NCBI GenBank assembly: GCA_013239625.1
Contig: MU054323.1
Coordinates: 13,251,950 to 13,313,949, forward strand
DNA from: Lama guanicoe
Taxonomy: Eukaryota
Direction: 5' to 3'
Length of the DNA stretch: 62,000 bases
Both the position numbers and the translations under genes were made by a program. Under the pieces are notes generated by a model that was not told the DNA's origin, ran no database searches, and saw nothing but the letters and a program-made list of their open reading frames with translations. This document shows, piece by piece, positions 36,501 through 48,500 of the stretch; positions within the stretch are counted from its first letter, which is position 1; the number at the start of each line of letters is the position of its first letter.

Positions 36501-39500
36501 TGGGGTTTAGAAGTTAATGCATCTACCAAATCCGTGTACTGATGTTTATGGAGATGGTGACTCATGGGAAAAATCCCTGTAATTACTGACCTAAGGCTTG
36601 AGGACTAATACTACATATGGATTTTTGAAAAGCAAGTGTTTCAAAACAGGGCGGTGTAACCACTACCACCACCACCACCCTGTCACAGTGCTGATGATTG
36701 TGTGATATGTAATTTGGTCAGCATATTGATGCTAATCTCTCATCGGATCTTACTGGCTCGTGATTTTTTTCTTAATCTCATTAGCATATCTTCCTGAAAA
36801 TGCTCTTCATTAAAGATCAGTCTGCATCAAGAATGCAGCGTCCTTTCTTACATCTCCTATTGAAATAGAGGCATCTTTTTTTTAACATTGACATCAGGAA
36901 GCATTTCAGACATGATATATTATGTTAAGGATAAGCACAATGAAAATGTTTGTTTTCGAAGATGGGGGATGTTTTACCAAATTGCGATGAGGCGTGAAAC
37001 AATGTGCTGGGAGGTGCTGCCTCTTTTAACTCTTTTAGTTAATGAATGAGGTGGAAAGAACTTCATCATGTCTGCTACCTGGTCCCCCTGTAATTGAGGA
37101 ATGACAGCACCAGTAGTTTTTCCCTGTTGGTCGTGGGTAGAATTCTCCAAAATGGTAGATGACCATAATTCTGCGTTTGATTTAGTTTGATTCTTGATCC
37201 TTTTGGAGACTTACTGGACTTTTGTTGCTTTTTAAAAGTTGAAATATCATATAGTGTATTGTCTTAAATTGTACTAATGTTCTTCTTTCTTTTTTGGTTT
37301 TAGTGGCAACTGTACCCCCTGAGAAGGTAATTTATTCATTGTTGGCAAGTCTTTTATTTAACCTTCAAAATGATTTTCTTCTAGATTACATGTGATTTTT
37401 TTTAAAGACAAATACAGTAACATGTCTGTTATGCATCGTTTGGTTTAAGGAAATAAAGCATTCATTCATTCAAGAAATGCTTATTTAGCACCTACTATAT
37501 ATAACTGGCACTGTTGTGAATGCTAGAAAACAGCAGAGAACAAATCAGACAAAACTCCTTGTTCACATGGAACCTAAATTCTAGGGAGAAGGAAATAATG
37601 GGACTGATGGGAATCAGGGGCTTAAATGGAATTCACAGAGTCAATTCACGGCCTGCACCAGCTCTGGGAAGAAAGATTCTGACACATTTATGTAATTGTA
37701 TATTCTCAGCGTGCCTATATACTGAGCAATGTACTTAATTCAACTAAAACTTGACGTGCATATTTGAATTAAATTGCAGTAGGAACAGAGCTTACCCTTG
37801 AACGTTAAAATTAAATACTAGGACATTGCTTCTTAGAAATTTTAGAGAAATTTTTATCAGTCCTTTGGGAGTTTTTTGGCACAAAATGGAGCTATGAATT
37901 ATGAGATTAGAGGAAAATATAGGCATTTGGATCTATGTCCTATTTATGTAATATTGTTTCTTGTCTGAATATTTCACGGTAGAATGAAAATTAGGTAATT
38001 ATTAAATGTTTATATATTTGTGTGTTATCCATTCAGTTGTCAAGACTGCAGTATGTGTTAGGATTTAGATGAACACATACATATATAATTTATTATAGTT
38101 TTAAAAGTCTTTCGCTTATAAACATGGGGATAGACTAACATAAATGTTGTAAGTGCTGAAAGAATCCAGAAAACAAGGATGATTTCAGAGTGCTAGCACT
38201 CATTAAGGAAAAGTGTTGTGATATATTGACCTCGAAAGCAGCACAGCAGATACACATGTTTCACATGCATGTTTACAGCTCTTGGATAGCGTCTCTAAAG
38301 ATCAGCGGCGTACAGTAGTTTGTAGTTTTGTGGATTTTAAATTCAGTTCTGGTTGATACGTGAGAGGAATCATTTAGCGCAGGAGTGGGCCAGCCAGCTC
38401 CCCGACAGCCTCATCTTTCCTGAGTTTTGTTCTCTGTTTATGGCTGAGTTTATGGTAACTCTCATTAAGAATCTGAAAGAGGGCCTGAAAGTTTTCCTTG
38501 TGGACTTTTCCTGCAGTTTATTTGGAGAGGAGGCAGTGGGAAAAAATCCAACCATAAACTTTGTGGCTTTGACTTGTTGCAGACGTCTCATGTTATTAAA
38601 GATTAGGAAAGAGAAAGCAGGGTGTTCAGTGGTGGGAAATGATATGTGCACAGGTGCAGGGGATGGGGTGGGAGGCAGCAAGAGGTCAGTTAGGGGAGTA
38701 GGAAGACTTGGTTAGAAAGAACTTGGGCTGCTTTGGAAGGCTTGGAATCCCAAGCTGCAGTTGTAAAACACGAGAAGATACCCTGAGCTTCAGCCAGACC
38801 CGACTTGTTAAGTGAAGAAGTGCCACTGGTGAGGGAGTTGGCTGCCCAATGTTGATGAGAGGGTGGGAGGAGTCTGTCAGCTGCAGGAGCGGATTAACAC
38901 CTGACTGTGGTCCACACCTTGCCAGCTGACCATGGGCTGCAGGAGGTCGGGTGCAATCGAGACTGAGGTCACCTTTAAATAGATAATAGAAAAGCTAGTC
39001 TGTGATCTTAAGAAGAGGGGACAATGTGGGGAAAGTACAAAGTGCTCAGTGTTTCTGGAAGGCGAATGATAGCAGGATTAACTGAGATGGGGAGAAAAGG
39101 GAGTTGGAGAGGCCGATTAGATGACCACAGTAAAGTGAGGATGCGAGAGTGAGTACAGACGAAGGTAAAGGGGGCTGTGTATACGGAGAAAAGATGAAAT
39201 ACGAGGAATAGCGGACATGGGCAGGGCTGGGAATGAGGAGTGAAAGAGGAAGGACTAAAAAGTGACTTTACACCTGAATGGATTCGTGACTGTGGCATTA
39301 ACAGAAAAGAAGTTGGAATGAAAGCCTGCTTGATGTAGGGGGTGGGGTGGGGGTTGAAGTATTTGTGGTATATCTAAATGGAGTTACCCTGTAAGCACTC
39401 ATGCCTGCAAAACTGAGTCTTTGATGTGATACTCCGGCCGGATATCTATTTTATAAAGAGCTGAAAATGTGATAAGTAAAGCTAGGAGAGAGGGTGAAAG

Positions 39501-42500
39501 GGAGACAGAGGCCAGGGGAGAAAGCGTTTAATCAGGGCTGTGATTAAAGCAGGTGAGGGAGGGGGCGTGTAGGATAACAGTGACCATGTAACTCGATGGA
39601 TGCTTTGAAAGGAGTGCTGACAGGAGCACTCGGGCTCCTCACTGGTGTGAGTGAGGCCACAGAGCCTGACTGTTCAGTCTGCGTGAGCCCTAAGGAGCTG
39701 TAACTGGACCCTGAGCCATAGGTGCCCGTCTGTGTCTTGGCTTGTGGTCCAGGGGCAGGAGTTGGCAACAGGATATGTGAGGAAGCCTGGATGCGCCTCC
39801 ACGTCCCCGTTCCTCGGATGCTCTGTTTGACTTCTGCTGTTCTGAGAGGTGGAGGTGGAGGTGGAGGAGTACAGTTATTGTAATGACTGACTGGCTTGAA
39901 ATGTTTTCATGTGTCGTGTGGTCTTTGTTATGACACACCTGTATCCATTATTTAATCTGCAGAGTATGTCTGGTCGTTTTCCTTGGGCAGAAGCCACATG
40001 TGCATGAGTTGACGGTTTAGTTCTCCTCTGGGGTTAGTGTAGCCTTGTTTCAGACCAAACGTGGGCCCCTGAGCCAAAACATTTGTTTAAAATATCTGAA
40101 GAGACTTGCTTTGGGCCCCTGGGAAATGGGTGAGGGTGTGTGCAGGGATCAGCACTGCCGGGAAAACTCAAGGGCTTGCTGTCTCAGCAGCACAGCAGTA
40201 GTTCTTAAAAAAAAAAATTCACACAGTTGCACAGGCTTTTCTATAACGTCCTGTGGTGTTTGCTGCCTTTCTAAGAGTAGAATTAAGTTAAAACAGTAAT
40301 ATGTGGAAACTAAAAATTCCTACTTTCAGCTCTCTTTTTTTCCTTTTTAATACAACCATCCAGGAAATACCTTCACTGGATCAAGAGAAAACCAAACTTG
40401 AGCCTGGTCAACCCCAGCTCTCTCCAGGCATTTCGACCATTCATCTGCACCCACAGTTTCCAGGTAGGCTGTGTTGATGTGCTGTTTGTAAGAGTATTCT
40501 GAACATGAGAGTAAGACAAGGACTTTGTGTCTTTAATTTTAAAGTTTTGTTCGTTGGAATTCATAAGTGGAGTGGAGTGTGAAAAATACACTTAGGTCTA
40601 TTAACAGAGTCACATAACGTTCGTGTAAAGTAGGGTACAGTTGCTCCTTCCTTATCCATGGTTTCACTTTCAGCAGTCAGCTGCAGCCTGGGAAATTCCA
40701 GAAGTAAGCAATTCATGAGATTTAAATGGTGCATTGTTCTGAGAAGCATGACGAACTCTCGCGCCACCCTGCTGCATCCTGCCCGGGTCATGAATCACCC
40801 TTCCTCCAGTGTCCATGCAGTCTATGCTTTCTGCTCATCAGTGTAGGGAAAACATAGTGCATGGAGGGTGTGGTACTGCCTGTGGCTTCTGCCGTCCACT
40901 GGGGTCTTAGAACGTACCCCTGTGGATAAGTGGGGACTCCTGCATTATAAGTATTATAATAATACAAAGGATTTTCATTATTTTCTGTGGTCAGGAGGAG
41001 TATATATTACTAGAACATTATTGAGGCTCCTCATTTGATGAAGGGTCATTTTTCTTGACTTCTGAGTTGCTCTCAGATATTCTTGCTAAATGTTGAAATA
41101 GGCTAATACCATGGGCCTTAGGGACCTGTAACTGCTCTTGACATCCAGGAGTTACTGTGGTGTGTCGTTAGACTAAATTATGCTTGCATTTTGAGATGGG
41201 ATCTCAATGCCCGTAACAGGCTTTAATTTTCATTTTATTCCCTCCTTCCTTGTATAGTAGTGATTGAAAAAACCTCACCTCCTGTGCCTGTGGAAGTAGC
41301 TCCTGAAGCTTCTACATCAAGTGCCAGCCAAGTCATTGCACCCACTCAAGTAACAGGTAGGCGCAGTATGTACTGGAGGAGACATGGATATGAACTTCAC
41401 ATTAAATGCAGTGTCAAAATTGTATCAGATATATTAGATTGCTCATGGCAGGGTTAGTCATACTAGCAAATATTTGGAAATAATCTGGATATTATTAAAA
41501 AGGAATATGTTTAAGTCATGGTACATATGCAGTGGAATATCACATAGCTATTAATGTTTTAAGAGAGTATTTAATGTCATGAGGAGCTGTTTAGGCATAA
41601 TATTCAATACAGAACACAATGATTCCAATTTTAGTTTTTAAATACAAACACAGAGAAAGGGAAAATTCATCAAAGTGTTTTTAACCATCACTAGTTCATA
41701 GGATCATGGATAATCTTAATGCTCTTCAATATATTTCACATATTTTCAAAATTCTTTATAATAAACATTATTTTAATCATTCATGACAAATTAGGAAAAT
41801 TTATCATAATTTGAAACCAACAGCCTGAAAGTTAACATCCTTAATGTATAGTGAGGTCTTATAAATCAGGAATAAAAATACTAATAGAAAAATGGGGAAA
41901 CAGTATAATCAGTTAATTCATAGAAAAAGTACTGAGAAACATGTATGTAACAGGGAATTTCCACTTTTCTAGTAATCAGAGAAGTGCAAGTTAAAGTAAC
42001 TTTTTTTATTCTTATCAAAGTAGAATTTAATTTTTACTACAGTGAAATTGAGGCTCTCACACATTGCTGAAAGGAATGTAAACTGGTTCAGCTTTTCTGG
42101 AAAGCACAAACTGGCAATATTTATCAAGAATTTTTTAAATGTTCAGAACTTTGACTCAGTAACCTCATATTAAGCTGTCCAGTGTAAAGAAATAATATCT
42201 CCCAAAACTGTTACAATGGTTTATATAAGTGAATACTTACCACAGCACTGTGTATAATAGAGAAAAAATAGGGGGAAGAAAACCTAAACATTTAACTGTT
42301 GGAAAATAGGTAATTATATCTGCATTGGAACATTAAAAAATACTACAATATATCCGGAAAATTTTAATTAAAATCTAGCAGAAGATGGTAACAAAATATT
42401 AAATACAAGATGAAGCATGTAAAAATAATGTAGAGTATTATGTCAGTTGTATGAAAAAGACATTGAGGAAATGCTAGAAGAAAATTCACCATGTATAAGC

Positions 42501-45500
42501 AGTGATAATATTTTGTGGTGGGGTCTGAGAGGTTTGGTGGTTGTGTCATTTTAGAATTTTTTATGTATTGCACACATTCTAATATGGAAAAATATAGTCA
42601 GAAAAGAATATCAGTAAGATGCATCCTGTCACCTTAAGTTCATGATCCCTCTGGAGGGTGAGGTTGGCAGTGTTTAACAGGAGAAGCTAATGGAGGAGTT
42701 TGCAGCCTCCCTTAGAATGTTGCCTCTTCAGAAACACGAGGTGTATCATTTCAAATAGAAATGTGTTTGGTTAGATGTGTTGATTAGTTGGATTGTGGTA
42801 ATCGTTTCACAGTGTGAACATATTAAAACATCAAGTTGTACACATACCTTAGAGGAATATAATTTTTATATGTCTTTAAAAAACTGAAGACTTTTACCCA
42901 TTTTCTCAAAATTGTGAGTCTAGTTTCTCTTGGATATTTGAATTGAGATAGCACACTGGAAGGTGTTTATAAAAAGCACCTCCATCCCAAGGTGAACTGG
43001 AGTGGAGTGAACAGTGCAGTCACATCATGGACTCAGCAGTGCATCTGCACCCACCTCAGGCGAGCCCTCAAGGAGCACGTGCGCCAGCGCCGTGGCCTCC
43101 CACAGTCAGTGTGGGGTACCTGCTTTGCAGTTTTACTGTAGATACAGAATAAGGAGATAAAGATATGTTAGTTATTGTAAGTGTTTCTAGTGTACAATGA
43201 AATACTATGATTTTTTTTTTAAATGGCCATGGCTAAAATTGTTCTTTGTTCTGAAGTCTCATGTGTCTCTACCCACTTGGTTAAACCCATCTGTGAGAGG
43301 CTGTGAGGCCCTGCAAGGCGTCCCAACATGTGATACACCATCTTCAGCAGCAGGGATCTTCTCATTGTTTATCTCAGTGTTAAGAAGAAAAATTACAGGT
43401 TAACAGTGTAATTCAGTAGATCTTTCACTTACAGTAGCTCCACTTTCCAGTATGAAGATACACTTTCATTTTGTGCCTTTTTAACAATGGCTGACCTTAA
43501 AGGACAGACTTCTTGCAAACTAGCTTTGCAGAGGTTGTTGGGCTAGATAAGTGCAGTTTTGTTATTTAAATGCAGCTGTGTGAGGAATAACAAGTAGCCT
43601 TTACTCAGCTTCAACTGAACTGCATGGCTGACTGAAAAAAATGAAAGTAGCTGTGCTGTATTCTGTTGTTAGAAGACAGCTTAACTTGAGTTTGGCAGAG
43701 ATACAGGGCTAACATCTGCTATCACATGGGTGAAGCGTGAATATTTCCGTCCAGGAAACAAATGACACTGAAATTTTATTTTCGTGCAGCATTCATAGGT
43801 GCTTCTACTTCCTGTAGCAAAGGAATCTTTCTGAAACCGTCCACAGGGAGCACATTGTAAATAGTCCTTGAATTTAAATGGTTTGCAAGTTTGGAGCTAC
43901 GCTGTAATCTGTAATCTACACTGGAACACAAAGACTTTTATATCAAATTTAATTTAAATCAAAATATAGATATTGCCATCGGTTTGATTAAGACAGCCAA
44001 AGATGGAGATTGAAGGAGAAAGCTGATCAATTCTCTCAGGAACACAAGGTCATGATTTTTTTCTTAGAGCACAAAGGAGGTGGGCGTTTGTCACTGTTAG
44101 TTTCACATGTAAGTTGAAGAAAGGAATAGAATAAGAAGTAGGTGTCTAAAATAAATAATACCAGCTTCATGTTGCTTACTGATGATATATTTATGATGGT
44201 GAGATTGGAAGCGGCCTTTGCAGATTTCATCAGACTCACTTTGATATGCAATAATTATAAAGTGGGCCACATATCTGCAGGAATAAGGGTGATATTTTCC
44301 GCTCTTAGCAGCTGAGTTGGTGGCTTGCAACATTATTGGCGTACTGTTTCCAAATACATTATACATTTCAGCATATAAATTCTTGATTTAGCATAGTGTC
44401 TTAATAGCTCAAGGATAGGTTGGAAAATCAAACCTTTATTTCTCTGGCAAGTATTTACAAAGTGGAAACATCTGCTTCAATTGTTGTGAGACAATTTATG
44501 CTCATTGTGGGGCAGTAGGAAGCCAGGGCATTTTTCTAAACCTTTCCATGAGTTGACATTTGATGCCTTCCTCCAGCTCTTCCTAAACTTTCTCCATGGC
44601 CCTGGCAGACCAGCTAGAAATTATTCTTTGACTTTCATGCCTGTATTGTGTAAACCTTTGTAATCATGATGGCTCAATCGTTAGAAAAGCTATTTTGCTC
44701 ATCAGATCTTTTCCAGAACTCAGAAATGACCCCTTAATAAAAACGTTTGTCCCTGAAGCATATTACTAGTGTCATAACAGCCTCAGTAAACTGTGTATGC
44801 TAACGGAAAATGAACCTTTTTTCCATATAAAATCATCATACTTTAATAACATTTCCAGCTCTGTTTGTTTGTTTATTTTGAGTAATCACATGACAAGGAA
44901 AAACGCCAAAGGTCAGCATATTCATTTTCATATTTTGCTAAAAGCTTTCTTTTTCGTTTAGCTCTAGAAAATAAAGATACCAAACTCTTAAATCCACCAC
45001 TGGCCTTGTAATCGGGATAAATAGAGCATTTGGTTTTCCACTGGCTTTTGGTCATGGCATTTTCTCCAAGTTCTAAGTGGACACTAGGGAAAGAAACAAG
45101 AATAAGGTCCTTGGCCAGGTGCAGACAAAGTTATTTCAAGGCCCACATATAGTAGGAAAGGGTAGGGCAGTCCTGTAAACCCCGGGGCATATGATGGGCG
45201 TTATGAAGGAGGACACTTGGAAAAGCCCTGTGGGAGCCATCTCTTGATGATCTCTGAGAGACCAAACATGCTAAAGAAGACTAGGCATTCCCGTTAACCG
45301 GAGCCCCCGGGAGACCAGTAATTAATGTTTCCTGTGTGAGGCTTTACCATATTCCCAGTGCTTGTATCCACACAGTGGGCACACACAGAGAAATCTGTGT
45401 TTTGACATGAACCGATCTTTTCTGTGGGAACAGGTTCACATGCCTAGGTGTGAGTGACCTCTTAGAAAACTGTAAAGTGTAATGTCTTTGACCCCCAAGA

Positions 45501-48500
45501 TACAGAGACAGCTGGAAGCTTTTTTTGACCCATTTTTAAGACAGTATCTTCAGGACTTGCCTTTCTGTGTAACATGCATGTGCTCACGAATGAAAATGTA
45601 ACAGACAAGGAGGAGAAGGATGGGAAGAGGTGGTAAGAGACATGTTTCTAAATTTTTAAAATGTGAGCACAAGTCATTCAATTTTTTATCTTAAAAATGG
45701 TGTTGATCAATGTTTTTGGTTGTTTTTTTGTTTTTTTTTTTACTGAGACGTGATTGACATGTAACCTCGTGTAAGTTTAAGGTCTACATGTTGCTTTGAT
45801 ACATATTCATATATGGCAGGGTGATTGCTACAGCAGCGTTAGCTAACAGCTTTTTCCTGTCTCATGCTTTTCTTTTGTGTTGAGAACAGTTAAGGTTTAA
45901 TGTCTTAACAATGTTAGAGTTTATAATAAAGTATAGTTGACTATAATGTGAAATTTTTGGATGACTAGCAAAGAGAAAGCAGAGGTGTTTTGAAGTTGTT
46001 AATGGCTTTTTTTTTTTTAACTTAGAAGGGTGAAATCCTCCTAGTAAATGGATGAAAGGGATCTCTGAGGTCAAACTGATGAAAGTTACATTAATCACTT
46101 GTGTAAAAGAATGGGAAAGTGTAGAAATCAAGTAAATGTTAGTTAATGTCCCGTCACCCCTTTGATGTATCTCTTAGTACCCTCTGGTGGCATCACACTA
46201 ACATTTTCTTCCATATGTTGGTGCCAACTGGGATTAACATTTTCAAGCTGCATCTTTATGTACTTGATCTATGAGGTAATCAGCTAAAAATCCTCAGACT
46301 TTCCTCATAAATCTCTCAACTTTACAGCTTCTACTTAAGATGCCAGATTGGAAGGAAGGGCCATTATTGTTCATTACCCAAGACCAAGGAGTTAAAATTC
46401 TTAACCATTTATCCTATCTTAGAGCTGCCTTAAGAAGAAACAATTTATATGTGTTGGCACACTGGTCTAGGAATGTATCTCATTTGAATTAAGCATCACA
46501 TATTTTTGAATACATTTGTTGACACATGTAAAAATTTCATTCTAAAGTTATGCCTGAAAAAAGGTCAGATAAATATTTGGTAATCAACAAATTGGTATTT
46601 TGGGGGTCAGTGGCGGGGAGTAGGGGAATGAGTACTGATCAAACATTTCCTGAAAATCCTAGATTTACTGCCTTTTAATTAGCTCTGAATTTTTATTCCT
46701 AGCATATTAAGTCATCTTCTAATTTTTCTTTTTGCAAATTTTATCAGCATGTCTTTTCTCTTTTAAGAAAAAGACAGAGAACATATAGGAAAGTCAGTCA
46801 TTACAGAGGAAACTGAGAAATCTAAATACCAGTAATTTTCAAAGAAGGTGTCTGCCTACATTAAGAAGAGATGGTTAAAGATGTGCTTCTCTTACTGTTC
46901 TACTGACGAATTCTTACAGTGAAGAGAATTATTACCCAAGGATCTAGGAGTAAGACCTGGAGAAGATAACCTTTTACCTTTAGATTTTTGAGGCACATAG
47001 AAATGATAATTTTTTAAGAAAGTCTTTTTGATGATAAAATAATACTTGTTCATTTTAGAAATTTTGAACAATACAGGAAAATGTAAAGAAAACAACACCA
47101 ACACTTAGATTTATTTCCTCCCAATCTTTTCTGTGTATTAGGTAATTTAGATCATATCTAGTGACAATTTGTACCCAACTATATTTCTTAACAAATAAGC
47201 ATTTTCCTATCCTGCTAGTGATAATATAACAATCTATACTTTGTATCATAATTCATTGTTTCATTTTGTTACCATCAGTCACAGAAGTTTAAGCAGTCAT
47301 GTTAATCACCCATGTGTTTAGCCTTTCAAATTATTTTTCTGTAACTTGATATTATACTGATGATATACAATCTGGTTTTTGATAGTGAATTAGCACAAGC
47401 GTGCTCACTGAAGGTATAAGTAATTAGTAAATGTGTGGTTTTCCCATAATCCATGTGATTTTGTGTAAAATACTGCAGCTCTGTAGTCATCTGCTTCCTT
47501 TTAACGCCTAGCAACTTTTCAGATGACTTGCATCAGTTGTCTTAAAATCACAGCGCAGTGAATAACACTTGATGAAAAATGAATGTGGTTTGGGTTTTGG
47601 AGAGCAATCTCAACCCCAATTTAGGTCATTTCCATAGTGAATTTTTGTTAAAGCACTGTTTTTCACATCTTTCTTCAGAATTCACAGTGGGCTATTGGTA
47701 ACAGTAGCGTGCCTGTTTTTCTTTTCATTCAAAACGTAGACCCTCTAACAAAGGTGTGCTTTGGCTTGTCATGTTTGAGTGCCTGGTCTTCCTCCACTGG
47801 ACCACTTGGGCTCTTTCATGGCCTCGTCTGTTTCAAGCATTGTTCACCAGGTGATGACAATGAGATAATAGCCCGAGGTAGTATTGTTATAAATGTGCTG
47901 TTTCTTTGTTATATATTCTTAAATGACTTCAATAGAAACAACCACAGCGATCAGTAATACTGGCTGGCTTTTATTGAGCACATACAATGTACCAGGTGTT
48001 GGGCTACGTGCATCATTTAGGTCATCTCTTTTGAACTTCATGTTCTAAAGTCTGTGCTCTAATTATTCTCATTTACACCTGCTGAAAAGTGAGGCTTAGA
48101 ATGTTTAAGTTAACTTGCTCTTTGTTACAGAGCTAAGAAAGGGCAGCAAGGTTGGTGGCCAAGCCTGGGCTTCTGGCCCCAGCTTCACCGCCTATACCCA
48201 CCCCTACAATTTTATACACCCTTACAAAGGTCATGGAAATCAACAGACTATCTTGGAGCAATTCATCTTAGAAGGTTACCTTTGAGTCCTCGAATGTTTT
48301 GGCAATAAAGCTCATGTTGATGGCCGTCACCCCCTGGGAACTCCTCTGACCTTGCCTTGCCCACTGCCTGTGTCTGTGAGTGGAGCAAGGGCTGAAGGCT
48401 AATCTCAGGCTTCACAGAAGAAGTGAGTCTCATGTAGGAATCGGTAGGAGGGCTAGGGAGGAATTTAGCAGAGAAGATTTGAAGAAGACTCTATACTTTA

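Noticed and set aside
39338..39353. G-rich run as a G-quadruplex
   Set aside because: Only three G-tracts; not a canonical intramolecular G4
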